Below the pieces are notes generated by a model. It was not told the origin of the DNA. It made no database searches and saw only the letters and a program-made list of their open reading frames with translations. This document shows positions 9,261 through 18,247 of a DNA stretch of 64,000 nucleotides, piece by piece (within the stretch, counting starts at the first letter, position 1; each line of letters opens with the position of its first letter). Source of the stretch: an uncultured bacterium. Its GTDB lineage: Bacteria; Patescibacteriota; Minisyncoccia; Phycocordibacterales; UBA9973. The stretch lies in contig CAITQP010000007.1 in NCBI GenBank assembly GCA_903894565.1, positions 28,213 through 92,212 on the forward strand, given 5' to 3'. The translations under genes were made by a program, and so were the position numbers.

Positions 9261-10058
9261 TTATCGAGTGAGCGCATTTATATACGCTCTTGTCAGAGCA
9301 CCGAAATACCCAGTGGCAGGAAGACCAACACTTGCTTGGTATGTTTTGAGAGCGTGTGTAGTCTTTGAACCAAACAGCGTCGAAAGTTTATTGATCGATC
9401 CCCATCCACTCAGCGCAACAGGTGCACCATGCGTATCGAGGAATTGCTCTAAATCAGCTACCGCCGGATCATTCATTCCCTGTTTAAAATTTTTTACAAA
9501 ATGAAAAGCAGTTCCGAGTGGAGCTGAAGCTGAAGGTGAAGGTGAAGCACTATTTTGTGTTTTGTAAATACACTCAGCATTCGCAGCAATTACAAACGAA
9601 CTTGCATTGTAATTACTCGCAAGTGGATCTTTGCAACCAAGGATAATGTTTGCTCCACGACTCGGTGAAACAGGAGCGACTGGAAGCGGACAACCCGTAG
9701 CTCCGGGCGTAATTACGACGGTACCCGTAGTAATCGTAAGTTGTGCGTCAGGTCGACTGCACACGGGTAAACCCGCGTCGTTGTTGAGAATAGTTGTTAT
9801 ATCAGAAGCCTTTACAGTAAGTGAATTGCCCGTACCTGCAACAACCGTCATACTTGTCGTTCCGTATGTCACAGACGAAGCAGTACTACCGGGAAGTATT
9901 GTAAGCGAAACTCCATTGACTGAAATCTGCGTATCGATAGAGTATGTCGATTCACCGACAGCCGATACGTGCGTTGGAGTCCCAAAAACTGCGAGGAAAA
10001 GAATCGCGAAAAATAGTGTCATGAACCCAAGTCCCTTATTTCCGTATTGTATTTTCAT
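9261..10058 (-). CDS. secreted protein with C-terminal peptidoglycan-binding (PG_binding_1-like) domain
   Basis: Signal peptide (MKIQYGNKGLGFMTLFFAILFLAVFGTPTHVSA; start may be the ATG at 10022). The C-terminal LKTYQASVGLPATGYFGALTRAYINAL resembles a PG-binding domain. The longer N-terminal extension to 10208 was rejected. Confidence 0.5.
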   Translation of the reverse strand: MKIQYGNKGLGFMTLFFAILFLAVFGTPTHVSAVGESTYSIDTQISVNGVSLTILPGSTASSVTYGTTSMTVVAGTGNSLTVKASDITTILNNDAGLPVCSRPDAQLTITTGTVVITPGATGCPLPVAPVSPSRGANIILGCKDPLASNYNASSFVIAANAECIYKTQNSASPSPSASAPLGTAFHFVKNFKQGMNDPAVADLEQFLDTHGAPVALSGWGSINKLSTLFGSKTTHALKTYQASVGLPATGYFGALTRAYINALTR

Positions 10059-10080
10059 TCTTTTTATTCGTAGAGACGAA

Positions 10081-10968
10081 TTAGTACTTGATGATGTAAT
10101 TGACGGCGAGATATGGACTGAGCTGATTGAAAGCGTCACCTGATCCAATCGTATTGGTCGTGTACTGCTGTGAGCCAGCAGCAACAACTGCCTGACCAAA
10201 AGCACCAAAGAGATTCAACGTGTCATAGGTGGCAGGCAAATTCACATTAAAGTTATGTGGTGGCAATTCGCCGATAGTCAAAGTATGTGTTTCTTCTCCT
10301 CCGGTCTGACCCAATGTCTTGTTTGAAATTCCAACAACACCAGAACTGACTCCCTCTCCAAAGCGACCTCGCATATCAGGCACCGTAAATGTTCCACTGC
10401 TTCCTCCGTACGTATAGCCGATCACTGCGAAGAGGTCTGGGTATGTTGCTGTTGAGTACGATGAACCATCACAAATCAGATAGCCAGCAGGTGCTGAACT
10501 TCCCGCAAACATATTCATTGATCCAGCTGGGACCAATGCATTCGTGCCATTTTTCGTCACGCCCCCAGAGACATCAAGCGTTCCGTTGACCGATGTAGTA
10601 CCAGTCGATGCAACTTTCAACAAAGAGCTTCCGTTCAATTGGAAGTCCGCGACATTACCAGTAAATCCTGACGCAGCATTCACTCCGAGTCCCGTTCCGT
10701 TCGTAGACCAACTTGCAGATATTGCGCCTGCAGGTTCAACGAGCGCGAGCGGCTTTGTCGTTGTTGACGAACCGCCAGTAAACCAAGAGCCAGAGAGACT
10801 GAGCGCCGGAGTAGAGAGAGTGCCACTCGTTGTATTGTTGATCAATGCACTGATAATAGTATCGGCACGTGCGACACCTCCAGAGACAAAGACGGTGGTA
10901 ACAAGCCCCGCCACAAGTCCAATCATAATTCCACGAGTCAGCACTTCTTTGGTGAGTAATTTCTTCAT
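10081..10968 (-). CDS. phage tail collar domain protein (MdpB-like)
   Basis: Collar-domain hallmarks: GYLICDGSSYSTATYPDLFAVIGYTYGG...FTVPDMRGRF and C-terminal NQLSPYLAVNYIIKY. N-terminal transmembrane/signal segment; start set at MKKLL (10968). Confidence 0.6.
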   Translation of the reverse strand: MKKLLTKEVLTRGIMIGLVAGLVTTVFVSGGVARADTIISALINNTTSGTLSTPALSLSGSWFTGGSSTTTKPLALVEPAGAISASWSTNGTGLGVNAASGFTGNVADFQLNGSSLLKVASTGTTSVNGTLDVSGGVTKNGTNALVPAGSMNMFAGSSAPAGYLICDGSSYSTATYPDLFAVIGYTYGGSSGTFTVPDMRGRFGEGVSSGVVGISNKTLGQTGGEETHTLTIGELPPHNFNVNLPATYDTLNLFGAFGQAVVAAGSQQYTTNTIGSGDAFNQLSPYLAVNYIIKY

Positions 10969-11061
10969 AGATAAATATAAATTAATAACTTTACTAATTT
11001 TAACACAAATCATAAAAGAAAATCGATAAAATCACATCTCGCCGGTATCCTTTTTAAAGAT

Positions 11062-11090
11062 TTGACATATTGAATCAATAATTTTATATT
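11062..11090 (+). promoter_or_regulatory. sigma70-type promoter TTGACA-N17-TATATT
   Basis: TTGACA at 11062-11067, a 17-nt spacer, and TATATT at 11085-11090, lying 30 nt upstream of the ORF at 11121. Confidence 0.4.
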
Positions 11091-11120
11091 TATAACCAAA
11101 CTTTCTAAAACGTTATTTGT

Positions 11121-11468
11121 ATGGCGAAAAAAATATGGTACCTCGACAGTAATCCTGTGAGCGTTTTACTCGCACAAAAATTATGCGAGATATTGAAAAT
11201 TGGATTCGAAGAAGTAAAGGAAGAAAAGATTTTTGAGATATTGTCCCAGTGCAACTTGGGAAAAAGTATCCTGATCATGGATCTAAATTCAGATCCCTAC
11301 CATCATTTGGATTCTTATCCGGAATTGCACAAAAGAACAGAAGTATATATTATTTCTAGTTCACTGAGACAATCTGACGGTGATACTGCCTCGAGCGACC
11401 CGAGAGTGTCCGGTTATCTAACCTTACCACTCACGATAAACGATCTAACAAGAATCGCCTCGCCGTAA
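11121..11468 (+). CDS. hypothetical protein (115 aa)
   Basis: ORF downstream of a good promoter. Weak resemblance to a degenerate receiver-like fold only. Confidence 0.4.
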   Translation: MAKKIWYLDSNPVSVLLAQKLCEILKIGFEEVKEEKIFEILSQCNLGKSILIMDLNSDPYHHLDSYPELHKRTEVYIISSSLRQSDGDTASSDPRVSGYLTLPLTINDLTRIASP

Positions 11469-11510
11469 CAAACGAATTCACGACAATGCAAAACCGGCTG
11501 AGTTTATAAC

Positions 11511-11942
11511 TCAGCCGGTTTCTTCTGGAAAAAACTTTGTGCCGTTTGGTTCAATTATTTCATGAACTCGATTAACAAAAAATTTTATCTCTTTAATTTT
11601 CAGCGTACGTAGCTGATCTCCGGTAATTCGTCTCAAAAAAATAAAGACCTCCCTGTCCAACCTTTGGATATTGAGACGATTTTCATCATTCTCAAACTTA
11701 CCAAATTTTTTGAACCTTTCACCATAGGTGATGGGCTTCCATTTCGTTGCCCGGATAATCTCGCGGCACTCTCTTACGTTGCAACTTTTTGCGATCGTTA
11801 CAATACCAAGTAGGGTGTCGTAATAGATTGTAGATAGACCACTATCCGGATCAATGTGGTCTATTGTCTTCTTCCCTGTCTTCATAACATCGGGATGCTG
11901 CGAAGTAATCTGCACAGTAAGCAATTTGTGTTTGGCTGCCAT
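11511..11942 (-). CDS. hypothetical protein (143 aa)
   Basis: ORF with no recognisable domain. Confidence 0.4.
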   Translation of the reverse strand: MAAKHKLLTVQITSQHPDVMKTGKKTIDHIDPDSGLSTIYYDTLLGIVTIAKSCNVRECREIIRATKWKPITYGERFKKFGKFENDENRLNIQRLDREVFIFLRRITGDQLRTLKIKEIKFFVNRVHEIIEPNGTKFFPEETG

Positions 11943-12018
11943 AGAAAACTATTTTCTTTAATCTAATCCGTATCGCCTCAATATGCAAGACTCAAAAAAA
12001 TAAGTGGGTTATTTATAT

Positions 12019-12047
12019 TTGACATAAATCAAATATTATAGTAATAT
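12019..12047 (+). promoter_or_regulatory. sigma70-type promoter TTGACA-N17-TAATAT
   Basis: TTGACA at 12019-12024, a 17-nt spacer, and TAATAT at 12042-12047, upstream of the HD-domain gene. Confidence 0.4.
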
Positions 12048-12083
12048 GTAAAAAATATTTCATCACTCACAATTCAAAAAACA

Positions 12084-12713
12084 ATGAATATAGAACAAGT
12101 AATTCAGCTCGTTAACAACGAGGGGATCACCTACGAAGGAGATCTGAGGCACTACTTCCGCGTAATTTGGCAAAGCGAGAATGTGGACGTCCCCTACCAC
12201 AACCTGAGGCATATGCTGCACGTGCTGTGGCATACTCATCGTGGTTTAGTGTCAACGGGGATCTCCCCGATTGAAATAAGAAAAACATTAATCGCGGCGA
12301 TATTCCACGATTATAATCATCCGGGGAAACTCGGAAACGATGCTGACAATATCGAAATTGCAGTGCAGGGACTGCGTAATAATATCTTGCCAGAAGATGC
12401 TGTGCATATGGAGGATATTGTCACCTGCATAAAAGCAACTCAGTTTCCCCATATTCAAGGTGAATTCCCTATCAACGCAAAAATTCTGAGGGACGTTGAC
12501 GTTGCATCAACATTAAATAACGTCTGGATGCAGACGGTATTATTTGGTCTTGGAAAGGAGTTTGGTAAAACTCCAAATGAAATGCTAAAAATGCAATTAG
12601 TATTTCTCCCTTTGCTTAAATTTGAAACAATATGGGCCCAAAAAGAATACGGACCCCTGGTCAAAAAACGAATCAAAGAGGTTCAAAAGATGATTGATTG
12701 TCTCAGTATCTAA
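12084..12713 (+). CDS. HD-domain metal-dependent phosphohydrolase
   Basis: H...HD motif (YHNLRHMLHV ... IAAIFHDYNHPG). Confidence 0.55.
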   Translation: MNIEQVIQLVNNEGITYEGDLRHYFRVIWQSENVDVPYHNLRHMLHVLWHTHRGLVSTGISPIEIRKTLIAAIFHDYNHPGKLGNDADNIEIAVQGLRNNILPEDAVHMEDIVTCIKATQFPHIQGEFPINAKILRDVDVASTLNNVWMQTVLFGLGKEFGKTPNEMLKMQLVFLPLLKFETIWAQKEYGPLVKKRIKEVQKMIDCLSI

Positions 12714-12789
12714 TAAACTATTGACTCAATTTTATTTTTTTGGTTCACACGAATTACACCAGGATCTTGCAATGCGAGGTCCTGGTTTC

Positions 12790-13626
12790 TTATTTACCCA
12801 AAGCGGCATAGAACCCACACCAAGAAAAAATTGCCTCAAATATGGCAAACCCTGACAAGAATATCAGAACTAAGCTCCATGTAGTTGTTATTGCCCAGAC
12901 AAGGAGTATCACTCCAATGAACAATCTGATGAGACGACCCTTGGTGCCGATATTTTTGCTCACTCCTCGCTCCGTATTTTTTGCAATTTTTCTCAACACA
13001 AAACGATACACGAGACCGAGAGCACCCGCGAGCACATAGAGCATAAGAACAATCCCCCACCCGAAGGGTGAGAGAATAAAAGATATTGGCGACTCATTAA
13101 AGAACACGCTCTTCAAGTGCGGGACAAGCGTGAGCGCGTTCATTATTTCTGTAAAGTTAAAGTTTTCAATCTCTCCAATCGCAAGAGAATACTTGCTGTC
13201 ATTATTCCCGCTCGTCACAGTCACAACATATGTCCCGGCATCGGCAACAGCTCTGTACTCTGGACCAGTCCAGTAATTGTCATGACCAAACGGCTCAAAC
13301 ATTTTTTGCCATGCAAACTGCGTGCCATCAAGGGCAAGGAATGGTTTGCCGTCTTTTGAAATTGTAGCGGAAACATCTTTCTTTTGACCGGAGATATCAG
13401 GCACCAAAATATTGACGTACAAATTAAAAGGAGCGCTCGCGTGTATTGTATACACGTCAGGCACTCCAGTTAATTTTCCGTAATACGCCTTCGATATCTC
13501 AGGATCGACAACAGCTGTTTGCCTACTTTCAACCATCCGTGGTTGATGAGCAGACGCAGACATTGGAATGAGCACACAGAGAAATAGGAACAATGGAAAT
13601 ACTTTTTTAAACGAGAGTTTTTTCAT
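12790..13626 (-). CDS. hypothetical secreted/membrane protein
   Basis: Signal peptide (MKKLSFKKVFPLFLFLCVLIPMSASA), an extracytoplasmic domain, and three C-terminal transmembrane helices. Confidence 0.5.
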   Translation of the reverse strand: MKKLSFKKVFPLFLFLCVLIPMSASAHQPRMVESRQTAVVDPEISKAYYGKLTGVPDVYTIHASAPFNLYVNILVPDISGQKKDVSATISKDGKPFLALDGTQFAWQKMFEPFGHDNYWTGPEYRAVADAGTYVVTVTSGNNDSKYSLAIGEIENFNFTEIMNALTLVPHLKSVFFNESPISFILSPFGWGIVLMLYVLAGALGLVYRFVLRKIAKNTERGVSKNIGTKGRLIRLFIGVILLVWAITTTWSLVLIFLSGFAIFEAIFSWCGFYAALGK

Positions 13627-13676
13627 GCTCTCATTGTATCACCTTCTTGCGTCCTTCGAGCTCTTTTATGGCACAA

Positions 13677-14078
13677 TTATTTTTTTGCGAACAATTGAGA
13701 ATACGTTGCGCGTTGTTGCCACAAGAAGTATCCGTTAAGCACTGCGAATACAACGCCAGGAACTGATCCTGAAGTAAACAATCCCCCGTCAAGGAACGCA
13801 TGGAAAGCAACAATATTGACTGTGATCGGCAATACCAAAAGCGCAGCGAGCGCCATGCGATTTGTCCAAACAAGGACAAATGACAGCGCAAACACAATAG
13901 CCATAATATAATTTATGTACGAGGCAGAATCCATGAGCATTTGAATGAATGCGAACGACTGCGGATTGTTGTACATAGCCTGTGTTGGTGCCGGAAATAC
14001 ATGCACAGCTCCCAATATTGGAATGAGCATTATCGCACTAAATATAATTTTGAGAAAAACATTCGTATATTTTTTCAT
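13677..14078 (-). CDS. hypothetical integral membrane protein
   Basis: Four hydrophobic helices. Start chosen at MKKYTNVFL. Confidence 0.45.
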   Translation of the reverse strand: MKKYTNVFLKIIFSAIMLIPILGAVHVFPAPTQAMYNNPQSFAFIQMLMDSASYINYIMAIVFALSFVLVWTNRMALAALLVLPITVNIVAFHAFLDGGLFTSGSVPGVVFAVLNGYFLWQQRATYSQLFAKK

Positions 14079-14120
14079 ATTTTTTACATTCATTATTTTT
14101 TACAAACCTTATAAAAATAG

Positions 14121-14492
14121 TTAGACCTGTTTCAGAGAAAACTCTGGATTATAAATAAGTCCGATAAGATTATTCCATGGATCTTTTACCGTAGCAACCA
14201 TAACCTCACCACCCACGTTCATCGGCTTTTCGATAGCTGTAGCATCTTGTTCCAAAAATCTTTTGTACTCTTTGTTGATGTCTTCTACTCCCCAGAAAAC
14301 AGCAACATTCTCACCATGTACCACTTCTTCAGGTTGGAGCCCAAGCTCATACCCACCAACATTGAACCCAACATAAAAGGTCTCATCAAAGTATGGTTGG
14401 GTTTGAAATACATTGGTATACCACTCTTTCGCCTGACCCAAATCACTGACCTTGTAAATAACGGTTCTCAATCCAAGAATTGGTGTTTTCAT
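14121..14492 (-). CDS. VOC-family protein (glyoxalase/bleomycin-resistance fold)
   Basis: 123 aa with a typical glyoxalase-like beta-alpha-beta-beta-beta sequence pattern (LGLRTVIYKVSDL ... VGFNVGGYELGLQP). Confidence 0.6.
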   Translation of the reverse strand: MKTPILGLRTVIYKVSDLGQAKEWYTNVFQTQPYFDETFYVGFNVGGYELGLQPEEVVHGENVAVFWGVEDINKEYKRFLEQDATAIEKPMNVGGEVMVATVKDPWNNLIGLIYNPEFSLKQV

Positions 14493-14597
14493 ATTTGGTG
14501 ATTATAACAGAAATTTAAAACTAATCGTTTGACTTAAATAAAATTATGTGTTATTGTCAATAATGATATATTCTTCCATAACTTAATAAAATAGCTG

Positions 14598-15380
14598 ATG
14601 AAAAAAATAACAATATTTATCGTACTCACCTGCGCATTCGTGAGCGCCTACGGACAAAAGATCCAGTATCAAATGTCAAACCCCCTCCCAGACAGCCTTC
14701 GAAGGGTCTTAAAAAGTACTTTGCAGGACTTCCAAAAGAAGTATGGGAGCCTTGGGACCATTGTAGTTCGGGATACAACCGAACAGAACATTTATGCGAA
14801 CGATGGGACCACCTGTACGCTCGCAAGGGCGCACCATGGAAGCGTAAGTATAAATGTATTCGCCCTCAAGCGGTACAATCTGACCAAAATTGATTTTAGG
14901 AATACGATTGCCCATGAGGCGAAACACATGTTGATCCCCGAAGGAATTCGTTTGACCAAGCCATTCAAATTGGCTGACGGACATACAATTATCGGATTTA
15001 GAGGATTGAATTTGATAGTTGATTCCGTCAACGACGTCAAATTCGCAAAAATTGAGGAAGGTTCGGCGGAAGCACTCGCCTCATTGTTATACAGTGATTA
15101 CACGTGCTTTGATTCGATGGATGTTCCCTTGGGAACATTGGTTCGGTGCTGTATCCAAGCAAAATGGATCACAACAACTGACCTGATAAGAACAACCAAG
15201 GAGAGCGATGTGCCAGGCTTGGTTGGCCTCATTCTGGGAATACCGACAAACAAAGTTACCGCGAGTGACATCGTTTGTGTGGTAAATGCATTTAACTATG
15301 CATACCAAAAAAGTGATTACAAACTCCCCTTTTTAGCTTTACAACAAAAACGCGGAGGAGTGCAAAAATTTAAATTTTGA
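14598..15380 (+). CDS. secreted protein with HExxH motif (putative zinc metallopeptidase)
   Basis: Signal peptide MKKITIFIVLTCAFVSAYG. HEAKH motif with a downstream Glu (EEGSAE). Confidence 0.4.
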   Translation: MKKITIFIVLTCAFVSAYGQKIQYQMSNPLPDSLRRVLKSTLQDFQKKYGSLGTIVVRDTTEQNIYANDGTTCTLARAHHGSVSINVFALKRYNLTKIDFRNTIAHEAKHMLIPEGIRLTKPFKLADGHTIIGFRGLNLIVDSVNDVKFAKIEEGSAEALASLLYSDYTCFDSMDVPLGTLVRCCIQAKWITTTDLIRTTKESDVPGLVGLILGIPTNKVTASDIVCVVNAFNYAYQKSDYKLPFLALQQKRGGVQKFKF

Positions 15381-15436
15381 ACAAATAGTAAGTTAGGGGC
15401 AGGAATATATATTTCTGCCCCTAATTTTTTTATAAC

Positions 15437-16126
15437 TTACCGCTGAGAACAAAGACGAGACTGATGACCCCAAACAGAAATGCCCACACTAGGATAATTA
15501 CTGCACCCGAGGAATCGGCCGAATTTGCCGGATCGCTCGACGAGCTGTCCGCCGCACTTTGGACAGACCGAACTGGCGGTGCCAACCGAAACATCGATTT
15601 TGGCGAGGCGCAGATAGTCCATGAGTTTGAATCTGTCAACGAGTTCAATCGGCTTTTCTGCGGCGAATTTCTCGGCGTCTAAAGTGAAGACGTTGGTCGT
15701 AATGAAGTAACCCTTTCCTCCGTCGAGCTTGTCGGCAATTGCGCCATAGAAGTCGCGCACCGCACCGACAGACACTTGGCGCGTGATGAACTTCTTGCAT
15801 TGTATGTAGTGGACGACTCCATCCTTCTCGGCTTCGACATCTATTCCGCCGTCCCCGACACCACCGACCACTCGCGTCTTGTATCCAAGAGCGCGAAAAA
15901 GTTCGGCTGTGTACGATTCAAACTCAGACGGAGTGAGTCGCTGTAAATCTAAAATCTTTTTCTTACTGAAGAACCAACGGATACGACTTTTACGGTTGAG
16001 CAGATCAGTCAGCACTTGCAACGCGAGTGCGAGAATTACAACACCTCCTGCCAGAAGCCAGAGTTTTTTAACAGCCCATATTGCTTGTAAAATCTCAAAA
16101 AGAAAGTTACTTGTTCCAAAGTTCAT
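15437..16126 (-). CDS. membrane-anchored Mrr-cat family restriction endonuclease-like protein with C-terminal topoisomerase-type C4 zinc ribbon
   Basis: N-terminal transmembrane helix. Mrr_cat core GDGGIDVEAEKDGVVHYIQCKK (D...ExK). C-terminal CPKCGGQLVERSGKFGRFLGCSNYP; the final Cys of the ribbon appears missing, so a frameshift or truncation near the C-terminus is possible. Confidence 0.6.
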   Translation of the reverse strand: MNFGTSNFLFEILQAIWAVKKLWLLAGGVVILALALQVLTDLLNRKSRIRWFFSKKKILDLQRLTPSEFESYTAELFRALGYKTRVVGGVGDGGIDVEAEKDGVVHYIQCKKFITRQVSVGAVRDFYGAIADKLDGGKGYFITTNVFTLDAEKFAAEKPIELVDRFKLMDYLRLAKIDVSVGTASSVCPKCGGQLVERSGKFGRFLGCSNYPSVGISVWGHQSRLCSQR

Positions 16127-16149
16127 ATATCTAAGTAAATAAACTGCTC

Positions 16150-17934
16150 CTAACTTTGTTTGACTGGAGACATAGTGATTCGAGGCTCCCCGTTTGCATC
16201 CAGATACGGCGAGACCCTTCGGAACCCGTCCTGAATGCGCGTTCCAAAATTGTCATTTCCGGAAAGGAATTTCTTGAAATTGTTATATACCGCGTTTAAG
16301 AGAGTGTTACTTTTTTCGCCGTACTCGCTCGTTTCTGAGCCCGGAATATCCGCAGCAATTTTATCCGCCTGCTCCTGATGAGATTTTTCCGTTAGAACAT
16401 ATGTCAGAAATTCATAAGTATTGAGCCATCGCTCCTGCTCCGGACGATCAGCTTTTTGCATGAAGAAATCGAACTGCGCCTTCAGATTCTTATAGAAATC
16501 TTTTTCTGCGTCGTTCAGCAAATAATCATGCTCTTTGTTATTCTCGTCTTCCAACAGCAAAATGATGTGATTCGTCAAATAGTGTAATGATTCATGTAAA
16601 ACCGTCTCATTATAGCCTTCTTTTGATGTGTATAGCTCAGGTTCGGAAATAATGAAATCGTTCGTTGATTTTAACTCTCCGTTTTCGAGGGCGATGTTCG
16701 TCTGGGCTGTTCCGAGGTGCTTGTGAGGATTCTCTCCTTCAAAAAGAGCGACATCCAAATTTTGTGTCCCTTGTAAAAGTAAGCTCGCGAGTGTTTTCTG
16801 TCTCAGGTCGGTTGTCGTGTCTTCGATTCCCCGAAGAACTTTTGCGAGCTCTTTCTTTTCCAAGCCGAGGTATTGCTGCCATTCACCGAATTGTTCCTTG
16901 AAGTTATCCGTTCGCACTACCCTCCACGCATGCTCATCTAGATTCGACTGAGGTCCGCCTTTATAGGCGAGCAAACTGCCATGCTCGTCTTTGTCTTCAT
17001 CGGAAACATGAATCACCTCGGCCTGCTCTTCCGCTTCCTGCGTCAGAGAAAAAGCATAGCTCAATGATGCATTTTCCAGCTTTCCACCCGCAACAAATTC
17101 TTTGAATCTTTTAGTATCTGACTCTGAACCGAGAATATGAATTTGGGATGGATCGAAAACGATGATCCATTTTTTCTCTCCTTCCAATCCGCTTTTTCTT
17201 ACGATCTCGCTGCCGTCATCAATGACAGCATCATAGCCCATGGATTTTAGAGGCTTAATCTGATACTCGTTCAGATTACCAATGAAATTCATATTATGAC
17301 TTAAATCTATAACGAGGTTATTATCGCTATTGAAAAGGCCAATTTCTTTTTCCATTCTCGGGGGCTTAGTGACAATAAGTTTATCGTCTTCGATGCGATG
17401 TTTCCATCCTATGGTTGCCCATCTCTCTAGCACGCCTTCGGTACTCAACACCGTGTCTATTTCTTGTTGCCCCTCTGCCAAGACCTTATCGTCAATTTTC
17501 GAAATTTCTTTCTCTCCAGTCATTACTGGATTCTTTATATCAACAACGGAAGGAATTATTCTTTTAGCTTGATTTTCTACACTTCCACTACCCCGAGTTT
17601 TCGCATCTTCTAGACTAGAAGTAAAAAATACACCTCCATGTTTTTTGAACCCGAAGCTCGATTCTTTCTCCACATCGAATTCAGAAAATTCCTCTTCGGA
17701 AGTAGTCCCGTGCCAAACAATGTCTTTTACCTTGCTTTCAGGGAAAATAGTTTCAAGATATTTTTTGTACAACTGAACAGCCTCGGGTGAAGTTCCCCCT
17801 GCCACCCTAGCTAAGTCAGGGCTAAGCTTAAAAATTTCGTGAATGTTATTTTCCTGCACGGAAATAAAACCTTCTGACTCCTTATGACCAGGGTCTCGTT
17901 GCATATTTTCCATCGGGTTCATGTTTCCAAACAT
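16150..17934 (-). CDS. large hypothetical protein (594 aa) with possible PARP-like ART-fold N-terminus and an HExxH motif
   Basis: VWHGTTSEEEFSEF and GGVFFTSS resemble the PARP/diphtheria-toxin-type H-G-[ST] and G-x-[IV]-[YF]-F motifs. HESLH motif lies in the C-terminal half. 23-nt gap to the downstream Mrr-like gene. Confidence 0.5.
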   Translation of the reverse strand: MFGNMNPMENMQRDPGHKESEGFISVQENNIHEIFKLSPDLARVAGGTSPEAVQLYKKYLETIFPESKVKDIVWHGTTSEEEFSEFDVEKESSFGFKKHGGVFFTSSLEDAKTRGSGSVENQAKRIIPSVVDIKNPVMTGEKEISKIDDKVLAEGQQEIDTVLSTEGVLERWATIGWKHRIEDDKLIVTKPPRMEKEIGLFNSDNNLVIDLSHNMNFIGNLNEYQIKPLKSMGYDAVIDDGSEIVRKSGLEGEKKWIIVFDPSQIHILGSESDTKRFKEFVAGGKLENASLSYAFSLTQEAEEQAEVIHVSDEDKDEHGSLLAYKGGPQSNLDEHAWRVVRTDNFKEQFGEWQQYLGLEKKELAKVLRGIEDTTTDLRQKTLASLLLQGTQNLDVALFEGENPHKHLGTAQTNIALENGELKSTNDFIISEPELYTSKEGYNETVLHESLHYLTNHIILLLEDENNKEHDYLLNDAEKDFYKNLKAQFDFFMQKADRPEQERWLNTYEFLTYVLTEKSHQEQADKIAADIPGSETSEYGEKSNTLLNAVYNNFKKFLSGNDNFGTRIQDGFRRVSPYLDANGEPRITMSPVKQS

Positions 17935-17973
17935 ATGTAAAAGAATTATAGCAGAGTTAATGACCTAAAGCAG

Positions 17974-18148
17974 AAAACACCCGTCTTGGACTCGAACCGA
18001 TACGAACAGCAAAAATACCTTCCAATAGAAAGGTATTTTTGCGAATTCACGCACATTTTGAATTTTTGAGGCCTCTCGGACTCGAACCAAAATTTTGCGA
18101 ACAAACTTGCAAAATAAGGCGTCTCGGTCGGTCTCACTGTTTTGCTGC
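17974..18148. repeat. direct repeat copy A (~175 bp) containing tRNA T-arm-like motif and AT-rich hairpin
   Basis: About 80% identical to 19408..19581. Contains CTTGGACTCGAACC (17985-17998, a reverse-complement tRNA T-arm), the hairpin AGCAAAAATACCTT-N9-AAGGTATTTTTGC (18008-18042), and TCGGTCGGTCTCACTGTTTTGCTGC. Confidence 0.6.
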
Positions 18149-18247
18149 CGCACTGCGACTCGAACTTTTCTTGAAAATACGTTGCTAAATATAGACTTCG
18201 GTTTTCAATTTCTTTGAAATTCTTGGTTCGAGTCCGAGCAGGGTCAG

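Noticed and set aside
17985-18246. Possible additional tRNA genes or a tmRNA suggested by repeated GGTTCGAGTCC / GGTTCGAATCC T-arm-like motifs
   Set aside because: No complementary acceptor 5' strand can be found for any of them, and the T-stems are imperfect. No tag-peptide-like reading frame was seen. They are treated as tRNA-derived fragments or repeat scars.
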